Positions 43,690-64,000 of a DNA stretch of 64,000 bases are shown piece after piece. Origin of the DNA: the human T2T-CHM13v2.0 reference genome, Homo sapiens. Under the pieces are notes generated by a model. It did no database searches and had not been told where the DNA came from. It saw nothing but the letters and a program-made list of their open reading frames with translations. The translations under genes were made by a program, and so were the position numbers. The stretch lies in the NCBI RefSeq assembly GCF_009914755.1, contig NC_060936.1; one strand, given 5' to 3'. The first letter of the stretch is position 1. The number at the start of each line of letters is the position of its first letter.

Positions 43690-44825
43690 TAGATCAAATC
43701 TTTATCCATGCACATTGGAACACAGGATTACTGGGTTGAAATCATTCTAGTTTTGTCATTTAGATACTTGTAGATGAATCTATTTTAGCACAAGGTATAA
43801 ATAACTCGGGAGGTCATCTCTATCTTCTTTCCTTTTGTGCATTTGGCTATACCACGTTTAGGTACTAAAACAGCTTTGCTTATGTTGGCCAGGGGAAAAC
43901 ATGGCATTCTGTGCGCAAAGCTAATGATCGCCAGCCCTGCCTTGGCCCCTCCCTTGTTTATGGTCATTGTAAGATGCCCGCATGTTAAGGCTTAAGCTGT
44001 CACTGGGCTGGGTGTAATACCCGCTTCATTCCTCCTCCCACCCTCTTACCCGAAACATGAAGGGCACTGTGCTCTATTGAGATCTCGATAAGATCATCAT
44101 TTTAACTTGTATTCAACTGAGGGAGGTAACATGATATCTGGGTGCTGGTGGATTGAGACCTCAAGCATCAATTCAAAATTGCTGTCGAAAATATGCACTA
44201 TTTTTTTTTTCCACTCTGGCTAAGTGTAGGCTCTGAAGCCAGTTTTATAGCTTGATACATTCTGGTGAAAGATGTCTTCATTTTTAATGAAAGAACCTAC
44301 AGTTAGTAGGTGTCACCTCAGGGTAGAAATTCTGATAGAAATTCTGATTATTTGAAACTCTGATAGAAATCCTAGATGCTAGATTTGAAGAAAACCTGGG
44401 TTTTATTGCATAGATTTCACCTTTTCTGGGGCACATCTTACCCCAAAATAATTGGGGATTTTTTTGTTCCTTCTCCATTCCATGGAACCTTGTAGGGTGT
44501 TGGGATTGGGCCTCCCCTCGCCACCCGCCACATGTCTTTGTTTTTTTCTCTCTTTTGTATGTGGAAAAATGTATTTTTGTACCATATCTCATACCTGGAG
44601 AGAAACCTTTTTTCTATCTTCAGGGCTGTAGAATATATTAGCGTAACACTTCACTGAATGTGACGTAAAAGCATTCTGATGAAAACTGGTTCTGTTATAA
44701 TTAAGACTCAGTGTTTAAAATATCTTAATCAGTGTTAATTTCCCAGTGTTTCAGTATCACAGTAAATACTTGTTTTACTGAGAACAGAAAATAATCCAGA
44801 AAAGGAAAAGGACCAGCCCTCTCTA

Positions 44826-45312
<487 letters not shown>

Positions 45313-46864
45313 TTACCCGCCCTTTGGTTTCTTTTGCTTTGGATTTCAGCCCCCATATCATTTCTGGTAACAGAGCACAGCAATAGAATTTCTGGGAAGC
45401 AGACCTTGTGAATCGTGCCTGTGTCTTAATTCACAAAGGGTAAGTGAATGCCGTTGAAAGGTGTTTCATACACTTACCCCAGAAATGAGAGCCTGTCTCA
45501 TGCAGGAGTCGGGAGGCAGCGATGTCAGGGAACTGGGACTATGTCTTTATGACTGTGATGGTGGTAACCAAGTGGGGTGGTCCCCTCTGGGGAGCTGAGT
45601 AAGAACGCAAAGGTTTGGGTCAGTGATTAGGAAGACTATAATATGACTTTGTGCATGCCCGGGAGGGCTGCCTTGTAGAGAGGATGTGAGCAGCTTAGTC
45701 GCTCATCTGGCCCTGTGATTCAGGCTTATGGAGCGTTAAGAATAACAGCTGTCAAATGGCCTAGACATGGTTAATGCAATTTGTTGCTAGTGGAAATCCT
45801 GAATTGCTTCCTTTCTGTGATCACTGCTACTTCTTAAGATGCTTTTGATGAATGTCATCTGCCTTACAAGTTGACACCTGATAACTTCTCCCTGATGGGT
45901 TTCCGAACTGGCTGACTTAACCAAAAAGCCAGCTCTTGCCATCTATCTTGCATTAAAAGGAATTCCTGAGGCTCCTAAGGGGTCAGCTGCCCCACTCCTG
46001 ACTTTTTTATTTTTAATGGTCTATACCTTCTGCAACATTTTTGTTTATGGCCATTTGAATAGTTGGACTTTGACTCCTCACTTGTGAATAATAGGAATAT
46101 ATTTTGCAGAATCTAACATAATACCCTTAAAATTCATACTGGACAACCATCAGTATGATGTATAGTATCTGGTGTAAACAAATTTTATTCAGCATATTAA
46201 ATTATTCTGTGTTTTGCTTTTCCTTGATATGTAGGAGGTGCACCAGTACCAGTTTTTCTCTTGTGGTGGCTTAAAACGCTGATTGCCATTTGCATTGTCT
46301 ACTGAAAAGCTGTGGCAGCGAGTGGTATTATTGACCATGTGTTCTCATGTCTTTTTGCAGATTTAAAGGTTTTATTGTAGTGTCCATTTAATATCTGCAT
46401 GTGTGTTTAATCTCTGAATACCATGTAATTAAACTGATTAACTTGTGATGGTGATGGTGATTAGCACACACTAAAAACCCAATGAAGCAATTGTCTCCCT
46501 CTTCTTAACTGGAAATCACACTTGTGAGGTATGGTATCCATTATCAACAGTGGATTCATGATTGACTTCATATTTTGTGTATCTGGTTATAAATTTTGTA
46601 TAGCATTTAATTTGGCACTTAATATAAATCCATTTGATTTGAATAGTGTGTGTGTGTACATGGTGTGTGTGTGTGTGCACTTTAGTTTCGTGAGCCTTGG
46701 GAAACTGATTCTACAAATATCTTATATAGAGATAAATGTATCAGGCATTTTTTTGCAAAGCGATATATACATTCCTCTTATTTATTAAATCACTGGCTTT
46801 GGTGTTATGTAGAGATATTTGTAGATCTCAGAACAGAATTAAAATATTGTGAAAATTACAGCTT

Positions 46865-46870
46865 AATAAA
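46865..46870 (+). terminator. BRI3BP: Distal polyadenylation signal AATAAA
   Basis: AATAAA with upstream ATTAAA copies (46784, 46838) and downstream ttttgttgtatgg. Confidence 0.75.
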
Positions 46871-47035
46871 TGTTTATTGTAATTTTGTTGTATGGACTTT
46901 TAAAATATATCTCATCACTTCTAACCAAACATTTGTGGAGTTTCCCCAGTTTTGATGTGTAACCAGGATTCTATGGTTCTATTCCTCGATCTGAGAAGAG
47001 TCATAAAACCTTGAATTTATGTATTCAGTTGGAGG

Positions 47036-47192
47036 TAAGGTTGCAAGATAAAATACAGGATGCCCAGTTAAATTTGAATTTCAGATAAACAACCAGTAGT
47101 GTTTTAGTATAGTGTAGAAGTGTTGGTTGCTTATCTGAAATTCAAATGTAAGCAAGTTTCCTGTATTTTTAGTTGCCAAATCTGACAGTCCT
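47036..47192. mobile_element. MER53 palindromic hAT MITE
   Basis: aaaatacaggatgcccagttaaatttgaatttcagataaacaa and its degenerate reverse complement. Confidence 0.82.
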
Positions 47193-47931
47193 AGCACAGT
47201 GATGCGTGCCTCTCCACCCCACCCCGCATACCCATGCTGCTTTCTCAGGTCCTAACAATCCTTTTCTTTCTATTTTTTTTTTTTTTTTTTGAGATGGACT
47301 CTCACCCAGGCTGGAGTGCAGTGGCGAGATCTCAGCTCACTGCTGCCTCCATCTCCTGGGCTCAAGCGAGCATGTCTGGCCAATTTTTGTATTTTTAGTA
47401 GAGATGGGGTTTCACCATGTTGGCCAGGCTGGTCTCCAACTCCTGACCTCAGTGATCCGCCCGTTTCGGCCTCCCAAAGTGCTGGGATAACAGGCGTGAG
47501 CCATCATGCCCAGCCTTAAAAATCCTATTCTTAGTAAACATTTAGGAGCAAATGTAACAGGAGTATAATTTACCTTGACCAAGTATAATTACTCTTAACC
47601 CAAGAGTACTGCTCCTGCTTTTTACGCAAAGACAATCTCACATAGGTCGATAAGGGGACAATTTGAGGCTAGTTATTGTGAAGTTATCTGGGGGCAGCCT
47701 GGGTGGCCTGTCACTGGGAAAGCAGGCAGGTGAGCGGGGGCGGTGAGGCACTGGAGGACGTGCAGTAGGTAGTAATGACAGTAACAGCGTGGGGTGAGAA
47801 GGAAACCAGAATGAGGAGGGGCAGCTCATTTGAATAAAGTCAATACCTGCTATTAAAATAATCATTTTGGCCGGGTGAGGTGGCTCATGCCTGTAATCCC
47901 AGCACTTTGGGAGGCCGAGGCGGGCGGATCA

Positions 47932-48470
<539 letters not shown>

Positions 48471-48762
48471 TCATTTTGTAAGAATGCATTGAAAGCAACA
48501 TTCGAATTAAACACCATAGGCCGAGGAGGAGGAGGGAGTGGGTTATCGGATGGGGATTAAGAGGAATGTCAAGTACAAGAGGAATGAGACTTCACAGGAG
48601 AAGTCACCGAGGGCAGTGTTCCTCGGACCTAGAGGGTGCCGGGAACCCTGCCCCAGCCTGACCAGCTACAGCCTCACCATCTCCCACTGCCCCTTCTGCC
48701 CGCTGCCAATCCCGCTGCAGCCCCAGAGCAGCTGGCGGCATTGCTACCAGCCCCTTTGCACC

Positions 48763-49382
48763 TATGAAGGAAAAATAGAATCTCGGGATCTCAAACTCAT
48801 TATGCCAAGGGCAAAGTTAAGCTTGGGAACTGAGCCACAAAACAAACAAACAAAAAAAACAAACACAAACTTCCTTCCTTTGCTTCCCAAACAGATAGCT
48901 GCCTACTTTATCTTGTGTAAAATGTAGATTTGGGCTGGGTGTAGTGTCTCAAGCCTGTAATCTCAGCACTTTGGGAGGCTGAGGCAGAAGGATCACTTGA
49001 GCTCAGGAAGCAGAGGTTGCAGTGGGCCGAGATGGCGCCCCTGCACTCCAACCTGGGCGACGGAGTGAGACTCTGTCTCAGAAAAATAGATAAAAATGAA
49101 TACATAAATATACATAAAATGTAGATTCATGAGTGCTCGTCAAAGCCGAGTGAGACTCAGCCCTGCCTCACTGCCTACCATTCCCCACATTTTTCTTCCA
49201 TCCTTCCCCTCCTGCTTGCGCATTCCCCTTTAAATATTTAAGTCCTCAGAACCCATTTTGGAAACAGCACAGGCCACAGATCCTACTGTGACTTATGTTT
49301 CTTTTCCTTGGGCCCGGCGTCAACCTTGACAAAATAAGCCACTAATCCATTGAGACCTGCCCCAGTCACTTTTTGGTTTACA
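48763..49382 (+). mobile_element. MER4-group ERV1 solo LTR with internal Alu fragment
   Basis: t.tgaaggaaaata..tctcggga start, ttttggtttaca end, 4 bp TSD cacc/ctcc; inner Alu flanked by taaaatgtagatt TSD. Confidence 0.75.
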
Positions 49383-49671
49383 CTCCTATTTCTAACCAAG
49401 GCCCCCTGTACTGTTTTGTTTTTCTGGTTTTTTTTTGTTTTTTTTTTTGAAACAGAGTCTCATTCTGTCACCCAGGCTAGTGTGCAGTGGTGAGATCTCG
49501 CCTCACTGCAACCTCCATCTCCACGGTTCAAGCAATCCTCCCACCTCAGCCTCCCTAGTAGTTGAGATTACAGGCGCACACCACCACACCCAGCTAATTT
49601 TTGTATTTTTTAGTAGAGATGGGGTTTCACAATGTTGGCCAGGCTGGTCTTGAACCCCTGACCTCAAATGA

Positions 49672-51070
<1,399 letters not shown>

Positions 51071-51727
51071 ATAGGTATTGTCTTTTTTTTTTTTTTTTGA
51101 GGCAGGATCTTGCTTTCTTGCCCAGGCTGGAGTGCAGTGGTGCAATCACAGCTCACTTTAGCCTTGACCTCCCAGGCTCAGGCAGTTCTCATGCTTCAGT
51201 ATCCCACCTAAGTGGGACTACAGGTGTGTGCTATCACACCAGGCTAATGCTTTTTTTTTTGTAGAGATGGGGTCTCACTATGTTGCCTAGGCTGGTCTTC
51301 AACTCCTGGACTCAAGTGATCCTCCCATTTTGGCCTCCCAGGGATTACAGGTGTGAGCCGCCATGCCTGGCCTCTTTTTTTCTTTTTTACTTTTTTTCCA
51401 TTTTTCATTTTGGGATTACAGATGTGAGCCAGTATGCCCGGCCTGTCAGGTGTGGTCTTAACTGAAGCTAGCCATCTTTCATTAAACAAGGAAATGCTTA
51501 TTTCTGACAAGTGTAAACAGAATTTCAATAAACAGCTTGTGGAAATTTTATGAATTACATACATTAGCCAACACTTGATCTTCACAGTAGCAAAATATCC
51601 ACTGAAAAATGATAACATGCATATATCCAAAGCACCTGTTCTGAAGCCCCAAAGAAAAGCACACCAAGTCAATAGTCCATGGTCAAATCTTTGATGATGA
51701 TTAACAAAAAATTAACAAAATGAGTAA

Positions 51728-52210
<483 letters not shown>

Positions 52211-52511
52211 TAATTTTTTTTATTTTATTTATTTATTATTATTATTTTTTTTTAGTAGAGACAGGGTTTCACTATGTTGGCCAGGTGATCTATATTTTTT
52301 ATTTAGTAACTGCTCATCATTGATTATATTGGTGGCTTCAATGTAGATAATGCTAGGTTTAGCTCCAAATATGATCTAAATATATCTTAACCATTGCTAA
52401 CCATGAAACAACAGCTAGCACAATGTTAACACAGGGCACTATTGGGAGATTTAGTACTCAACATCATGCAAGTCCCTTGTAGAATAATGAAGTTTTGTGA
52501 GCTGGTCACGG

Positions 52512-52868
52512 TGCTACAGAATGAATGTGTGCAGCCCCTCAAAATGTATATGTTAAATCCCTAATTCCCAATGTGATGGTATTTGGAGACAGGGTCTTTG
52601 GGAGGTGATTAGTCTAGATGAGATCCTGAAGGTGGACCCCCATAATGGGACTAGTGGCCTCATAAGAAGAGGAAAAGACCAGATACCCCTCGACTCCACC
52701 ATGTGAAGACACAACAAGAAGGTGGCTGTTTTTTAACCAGGGAGAAGGCTATCACCAAATACTGAGTATGCTAGTACCTTGCTCTTGAACTTCCCAGCCT
52801 CCAGAACTGTGTGAAATAAATATTTAGTCTATACTATTGTATTACAGCATCCTGACCTTACTAAGACA
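52512..52868 (+). mobile_element. MLT1A0-type MaLR LTR
   Basis: tgcta..tgaatgtgt start, cccaatgtgatggtatttggag, ctaagaca end; degenerate 5 bp TSD cacgg/gatgg. Confidence 0.82.
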
Positions 52869-52896
52869 GATGGTTGTCTTCATATGAAAAAATTAA

Positions 52897-53031
<135 letters not shown>

Positions 53032-53038
53032 TGAGTAG

Positions 53039-53224
<186 letters not shown>

Positions 53225-53440
53225 TAGTCCCTAAATCACCCCCAGATAGCAGATTGGCAACCTGTGGACACACTAATTTAGGCATAGCTATAGTAGATGA
53301 AATATTCCCTTAGTGCCCTGGAGGAAGTCCCATCTGTCAGGAAATTATCTAATTAGTGGAAAGAAACTGGTGCGTGTGGCCAGGCACGGTGGCTCACGCC
53401 TGTAATCCCGGCACTTTGGGAGGCCAAGGCGGGCAGATCA

Positions 53441-53775
<335 letters not shown>

Positions 53776-53851
53776 CTAAAAGTGCTGGTTTCTAGGCTTC
53801 TAATCAGAAGTGTGGCATCAATTCTCCCTGATCTTAAGCAGTAGAAGTTCA

Positions 53852-54007
<156 letters not shown>

Positions 54008-54253
54008 CTAGCTCCTTGGGAGGCTGAGGTGGGAGGATCACTTGTGCCTTGGGGGCAGAGTTTGCAGTGAGCCAAGGTTGTGCCCCTGTGCTCCAGCCAT
54101 CTCAAAAAAAAAAAAAAAAAGTTCACCGTTCTGTTCCATCAAAAAACAAGGGAAGGGGATGTGGGATGCCTTTTCTTGGTTATCTTCAAATGGCAGTAAT
54201 TCTAAGCTCAGAATAAAGCATCCGATGTTTGACACTATATTAAACCTATTCTA

Positions 54254-55135
<882 letters not shown>

Positions 55136-55854
55136 TTACAGAGTTATCTTTTAATAGTTTTTTTTCAAATGCATGCCTTTCATCATTCTCAGTCAGTTAA
55201 ACCAATCTCAGGGGATCCTTTGCTAGGATTCATCTTTTCTGGACACTTTTTGGCCTGCAGGGGTCTGAGTTGCCCTATGCAAAGAGGCTATGTTTGACTA
55301 GGCTTTAGGAGCTCGTACCAGGCAGGGTTAAACTATTCTTGCTACTCGCCTTGGGAGGAGATAAAACAAGTGGACTAATTCTACTCTCATCAACTTCGAT
55401 TTTGAAAGACTGAAAAATTGCTCCCCTGTTTTTAGATCCTTTCTTCATATTGCACACCCTGTGTGAGTTGTGGAAAATCATTGGAATGTTATTCCAATAG
55501 GGTTTTTTTTTTAAGTATAGAAAAATCATGGAGACGTGGAGGCTTAAAAGGGTTCGTTCATTCATTCATCTTTTCACTCATTCATTTGCAAAGGTGTGTA
55601 GTTCTCAAAGTGTGGTCTGGGTTCCTCCAGTTACATAAAATACTATTAATAACAGGTTATTTATATTTTTCACTTTCATTCTCTCACGAATGTACAATGG
55701 AATTTTCTAGAGGCCACGAGATGTGTGCTCTCCAAACAGAATGAATGGAAAAGCTGCAAAAGCGGAGATGAGGGTCCAGCTGTCTTCTCTTTAGCTACAT
55801 ATCAGAGATTTGCAAAAATGTAGGACAATGGCTGGGTACGGTGGCTCATGCCTA

Positions 55855-56471
<617 letters not shown>

Positions 56472-56501
56472 TGAGCCACTGCGCCCCACCTCAAAGTATA
56501 G

Positions 56502-57140
<639 letters not shown>

Positions 57141-57994
57141 TGATCCACCTGCCTCGGCCTCCCAAAGTGCTGGGATTACAGGTGTGAGCCACCACGCCCA
57201 GCATTATTTTAAAATGAATTAACACTTACATATTTTTTGGTTTCTTAGTTTTATTTATAATTTGGTAATTATTTCTAGTTGTGTTACTAATTTTAATGGA
57301 TAGATATAACCCACAGAAACAAAAGCTCTTGGGGTCCTCAGTAAGTTTCAGGACACATGTCCTGAAACCCTGCTGGCAAAGGCAATTCACCACATAGTAC
57401 ACAATTCAAAGCTACATTAGGGTGTTGAATGAACACTGAGCTCCTGCCTGGTCCCCAGACGCTATGTTCTGCTGCCCTAAGGCAACTCCTGTTACCAGTA
57501 TCTTGTGGCTCCTGTTAGGGATATTCAATGACTACATGAGCAAATAAGTACGTATCTTTTTGTTTTGAAACAGAGTCCTGCTATGTTTGACTAGTGTGCA
57601 GTGGCATGATCATGGCTCACTGTGGCTTCGACTTCTTGGGCTCCAACAATCCTTCCCCCTTAGTCTCCTAAGTGGGACTACAGGTGTGCACTGTCACACC
57701 TGGCTAATGTTTTAACTTTTTTGTAGAGATGGGGTCTCACTATGTCGCCTAGGCTGGTCTTGAACTCCTGGGCTAAAGCGATCCTCCTGCCTTGACCTCG
57801 CAAAGTGCTGGGATTGCAGGCGTGAGCCACCACATCCGGCCCTTTTGCGTATCACTTTAAAAACACAAATAGCATCTACACTTCTCTAGACCCTAGTTTA
57901 TCTGAATGGCTACATAATATCCCATTTTACAGATATGCCAGAATTTAGTTAACCATTCCCTTATTGAGGGACATTAAAGCTGTTGGTAAATTTG

Positions 57995-58153
57995 GTTTTT
58001 TAAAACTTTTATTTTAGGTTCAGGGATACGTGTGCAGGTTTGTAATGTAGGTAAATTGTGTGTCTTGGGGGTTTTGTGTAGAGATTATTTCATCACCTGT
58101 GTGATAAGCACAGTACCCGATAGGTAGTTTTTCAATCTTTACCCTCTTCCCAC
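57995..58153 (-). mobile_element. Severely 5'-truncated primate L1 (L1PA/PB) 3' end
   Basis: ttttaggttcaggga..gtgcaggtttgt motif; perfect 12 bp TSD ttggtaaatttg (57983-57994, 58154-58165). Confidence 0.85.
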
Positions 58154-58342
58154 TTGGTAAATTTGTTGTGATCAACAGCTGCTCTTCCCAAATTACCTTA
58201 TTTACCCTTTAGTTCCCATGGTGTTTCTATGACTGTTATGCAAGTTGTTGGACTTAGTGCAAATTATAAAACATTAAATGTTCATTTTTGCCTCTAATTC
58301 TTTAGGAACTAGGTTGTGAATTTCATCTTTTTTTTTTTTTGA

Positions 58343-58828
<486 letters not shown>

Positions 58829-59385
58829 TAATGCAGAAAATTTGAAATCGATTGTATGGTGACTGAATGAAGATGTGCATTTATATCATTGGTCTGGTAG
58901 ATGAGCTTGATGGGTTAAAAAAAAAAAACACTTCACTTGCTCTGTGTGTTTCAGCTATGAGGCAGTGAGGGGAAGCATTATTAGCCATGGTGAAATAACA
59001 ATGTGTGGTATTATTTAATCCTGCAATTGTTTTAGGTGGGCCTAAGTTCTTTCAGGCCCAGGGATTTGGGGCTCTTCATGATGTTCATGTCAGGAAGATC
59101 GTGTGTGTTCTCCTGAGGCTAAGCGTGCAGGCTCATGTAGTGATGCTGGCTGAACGTCTGCTGCTCAACGTCTACCCCAGAATCTTGAGGTGTGCTAACA
59201 AGCCAGGCTTTGTTTTCCATTCCCACAGAACCGCTGCACAGTTCCTGCTATGACTGAGGGGCTTTAAACACTTTTTAAAGATTATTTTCTGGCCAGGCGT
59301 CGTGGCTTATGCCTATAATCCCAGCACTTTGGAAGGCCAAGGCCCAGGAATTCGAGACCAGCCTGGGCAAGATAATGAGACCTCA

Positions 59386-59895
<510 letters not shown>

Positions 59896-59957
59896 TTATT
59901 TTCTCACAACAGGCAAGTTTACAAGTCTTCAACACAAATTGACGATGTTGGGATTAG

Positions 59958-60158
<201 letters not shown>

Positions 60159-61627
60159 TAGCTAAGTTTTATATTTTAGTAGAGACGGGGTTTCACCATG
60201 TTGGTCAGGCTGGTCTCAAACTCCTGACTTCATGATCGGCCTGCCTCAGCCTCCCAAAGTGCTGAGATTACAGGTGTGAGTCACCATGCCCGGCCAATTT
60301 TTTTTTTTTTTTTTTGAGACAGGGTCTTGTTCTGCTGCCCAGACTGGAGTGTAGTGCTCTGATCTTGGCTCACTGTAAACTCTGCCTCCTGGGTTCAAGC
60401 TATTCTTCCCCTTCAGCCTCCCAAGTAGCTGGGATACAAGCATGCGCCACCACACCCAGTTAATTTTTTGTATTTTTAGCAGAGATGGGGTTTCACCATG
60501 TTGGCCAGGCTGGTCTTGAACTCCTGGCCTCAAGTGATCTGTCTGCCTTGGGCTCCCAAAGTGGTGGGATTACAGGTATGAGCCACCGCACCTGTCCCAG
60601 GCAGATAATTTTAAAATATACTTTAAAATTTATTGCAGAGACAGAGTCTTGCTATGTCACTCAGGCTGATCTTGAACTCCTGGGCTCAAGTGATCCTCCT
60701 ACCTCAGCCTCCCAAAGCTCTGGGGATTACAGGTGTGAGCCACACTGCACCTGGCCAGACAAGATATTTTATAATAAAGTTTCAACTTATTGTATTTAAT
60801 ATTCAAAACAGTCATCCTAGCCATTCATCCTTATAATTACTAAAGACATAATGCCAGTTACTTCCAATCACTGGTGAATTAAAATTTTTTTCTCATTCTT
60901 ATATCTATACCTGACTTTAATATCAGAGGGTGGCTATGGATTGGATATTGATTAAATCATAAAACATAAGGTTTGGGAAAATGCAAAGTGCAGCCTATGA
61001 AATTGAAAATTAACAGAACTAGCTAAAAAAAACCACTGCAAAGAACTTAGCACATAAGAGTGTAAAACTGGCATCTAAGGGTCAACCACTTTGCGTAAGA
61101 AATGGAACCTTTAGAAAGAATGAAGTGATCAAACCCGTTTAAGTCTAGATAAAAGTCAGAAAGTCCCCAGTCAATGCTAAGATGATGTTTTCTTCTTTTT
61201 TTTTGGACGGAGTCTCACTCTGTCGCCCAGGCTGGAGTGCTGTAGCGCGATCCCGGCTCACTGCAACCTCCGCCTCCCTGGTTCAAGCTATTCTGCCTCA
61301 GCCTCCTGAGTAGCTGGGATTACAGGCGGCATCATCACGCCCGGCTAATTTTTGTATTTTTAGTAGAGACGGGGTTTCATCATGTTTGTCAGGCTGATCT
61401 CGAACTCCTGACCTCGCGATCTGCCCGCCTAGGTCTCCCAAAGTGCTGGGATTACAGGCGTGAACCGCCCCGCCTGGCCTCTAAGATGATGTTTTCTCCC
61501 TCAGTGCCTCCCCACCCTTGTGACCTGTCAGACTTATGTGTAAAAATGCATCTGTCAATAACTAAATATTGAGTGCCTACGATTGGCCCTACATTAGGAC
61601 AATAAATTATCTCCTTTCTTACATTTA

Positions 61628-62056
<429 letters not shown>

Positions 62057-62949
62057 CTATATATAACTGACACATAAGTATGCTATACATATCTGTATGT
62101 TTAGAAAATGTTTAAAAGAGGCCGGGCGCGGTGGCTCACACCTGTAATCCCAGCACTTTGGGAGGCCTAGGTGGGTGGATCACTTGAGGTCAGGAGTTTG
62201 AGACCAGACTTGCCAATATGGTGAAACCCTGTCTCTATTCAAAATACAAAAATTAGCCGGGTCTGGTGGCTCACGCCTGTAGTCCCATCTACTCAGGAAG
62301 CTGAGGCAAGAAGCTGCCTCCCAAGAACCTCTGCCTTGGGAGGCAGAGGTTGCAGTGAGCTGAGATCACACCACTGCACTCCAGCCTGGGCAACAGAGTG
62401 AGACTCCGTCTTGGAAAAAAAAAATGTTTAAAAGAACAGAACTGGAGAAAATAATAGAAAAGGAAATGGATCTGTATGCAGCCCTACCAGAGCTGGAAGC
62501 TGTGAGCTCAGGCTAAATTATCTTTTCATTTCTAGAGTTATATGCTTATAGTATCCTTTTCCTCCATCAGTCGACTTTAGCATTATCAGTCATACGTGCG
62601 TGTTTTTACATTTATTTTAATTCGGCTATGGATCTCACATTCACAAAGGTCTCACATAAACTTTAGAACTTATCTCTAAAAATGATTATTCCCACAGTCA
62701 CAGATTCATTTTTGTTTGTTTGTTTGTTTTTGGATCAAGACTTTCCTGGAAATCACTGATAGTTTTGAAAGCACACAGTATTCACCATGCAACTTTAAAC
62801 TTTAAACACAGCCTCTGTTGTAAGCCTGCAATGATTAAAATCTTTAATAAATCCTGAAATTTTTCTCTGAATAGCAAAAAAGACTGCATTGTGTATATGT
62901 TCTAACATTGTACATATTTAATTAGAATTAAAAACATTACTAAATGTAA

Positions 62950-63249
<300 letters not shown>

Positions 63250-63260
63250 TGACTTTGTGA

Positions 63261-63887
<627 letters not shown>

Positions 63888-64000
63888 TAAGTGGTCTGGC
63901 CCTCTCTTTAAACTTCTGAGTTTGGGTGGATAGTTGAGTTGGGTTGGGTGGTTAGAGAAGAAATGCTCTGGACAGATTGAAAGACTAAATTCCTACAAGG

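Noticed and set aside
44324-44375. Short TAGAAATTCTGA repeats in the 3'UTR
   Set aside because: Ordinary degenerate micro-tandem repeat with no spacer architecture.
52290-52420. AKPSIIYIE as an AAA-ATPase Walker B-like motif on the minus strand
   Set aside because: No properly spaced Walker A, many surrounding stops, and the frame is ambiguous across the LTR/Alu junctions.

Overview
Primate genomic DNA (human or near-human), very Alu-dense, recognisable as the DHX37-BRI3BP locus (human 12q24.31, upstream of AACS). It holds DHX37 exon 1 and its promoter on the minus strand. The complete 3-exon BRI3BP gene is on the plus strand (CDS 6989-7201, 28201-28303, 40696-41135; 251 aa). Its ~5.7 kb 3'UTR has several poly(A) signals and a tail-to-tail inverted Alu pair, and probably overlaps the antisense lncRNA THRIL. 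Most other sequence is Alu, L1, L2/MIR, MaLR/ERV LTRs and MER DNA transposons, and most ORF-track entries are Alu or GC-content artefacts. The best candidate for something undescribed is a series of non-repeat, splice-site-bounded islands on the minus strand at ~51.4-62.9 kb, one with a C2-domain-like motif, which may be the remains of a lost multi-exon gene. This is speculative and needs TBLASTN/synteny testing. Other leads are a diverged ~195 bp duplication ending in a poison/recursive-type 3' splice site just before BRI3BP exon 2, two LTRs inserted at nearly the same position of two different Alus, and dsRNA/Z-RNA-prone elements in the 3'UTR. Repeat subfamily names are from visual recognition, not RepeatMasker.
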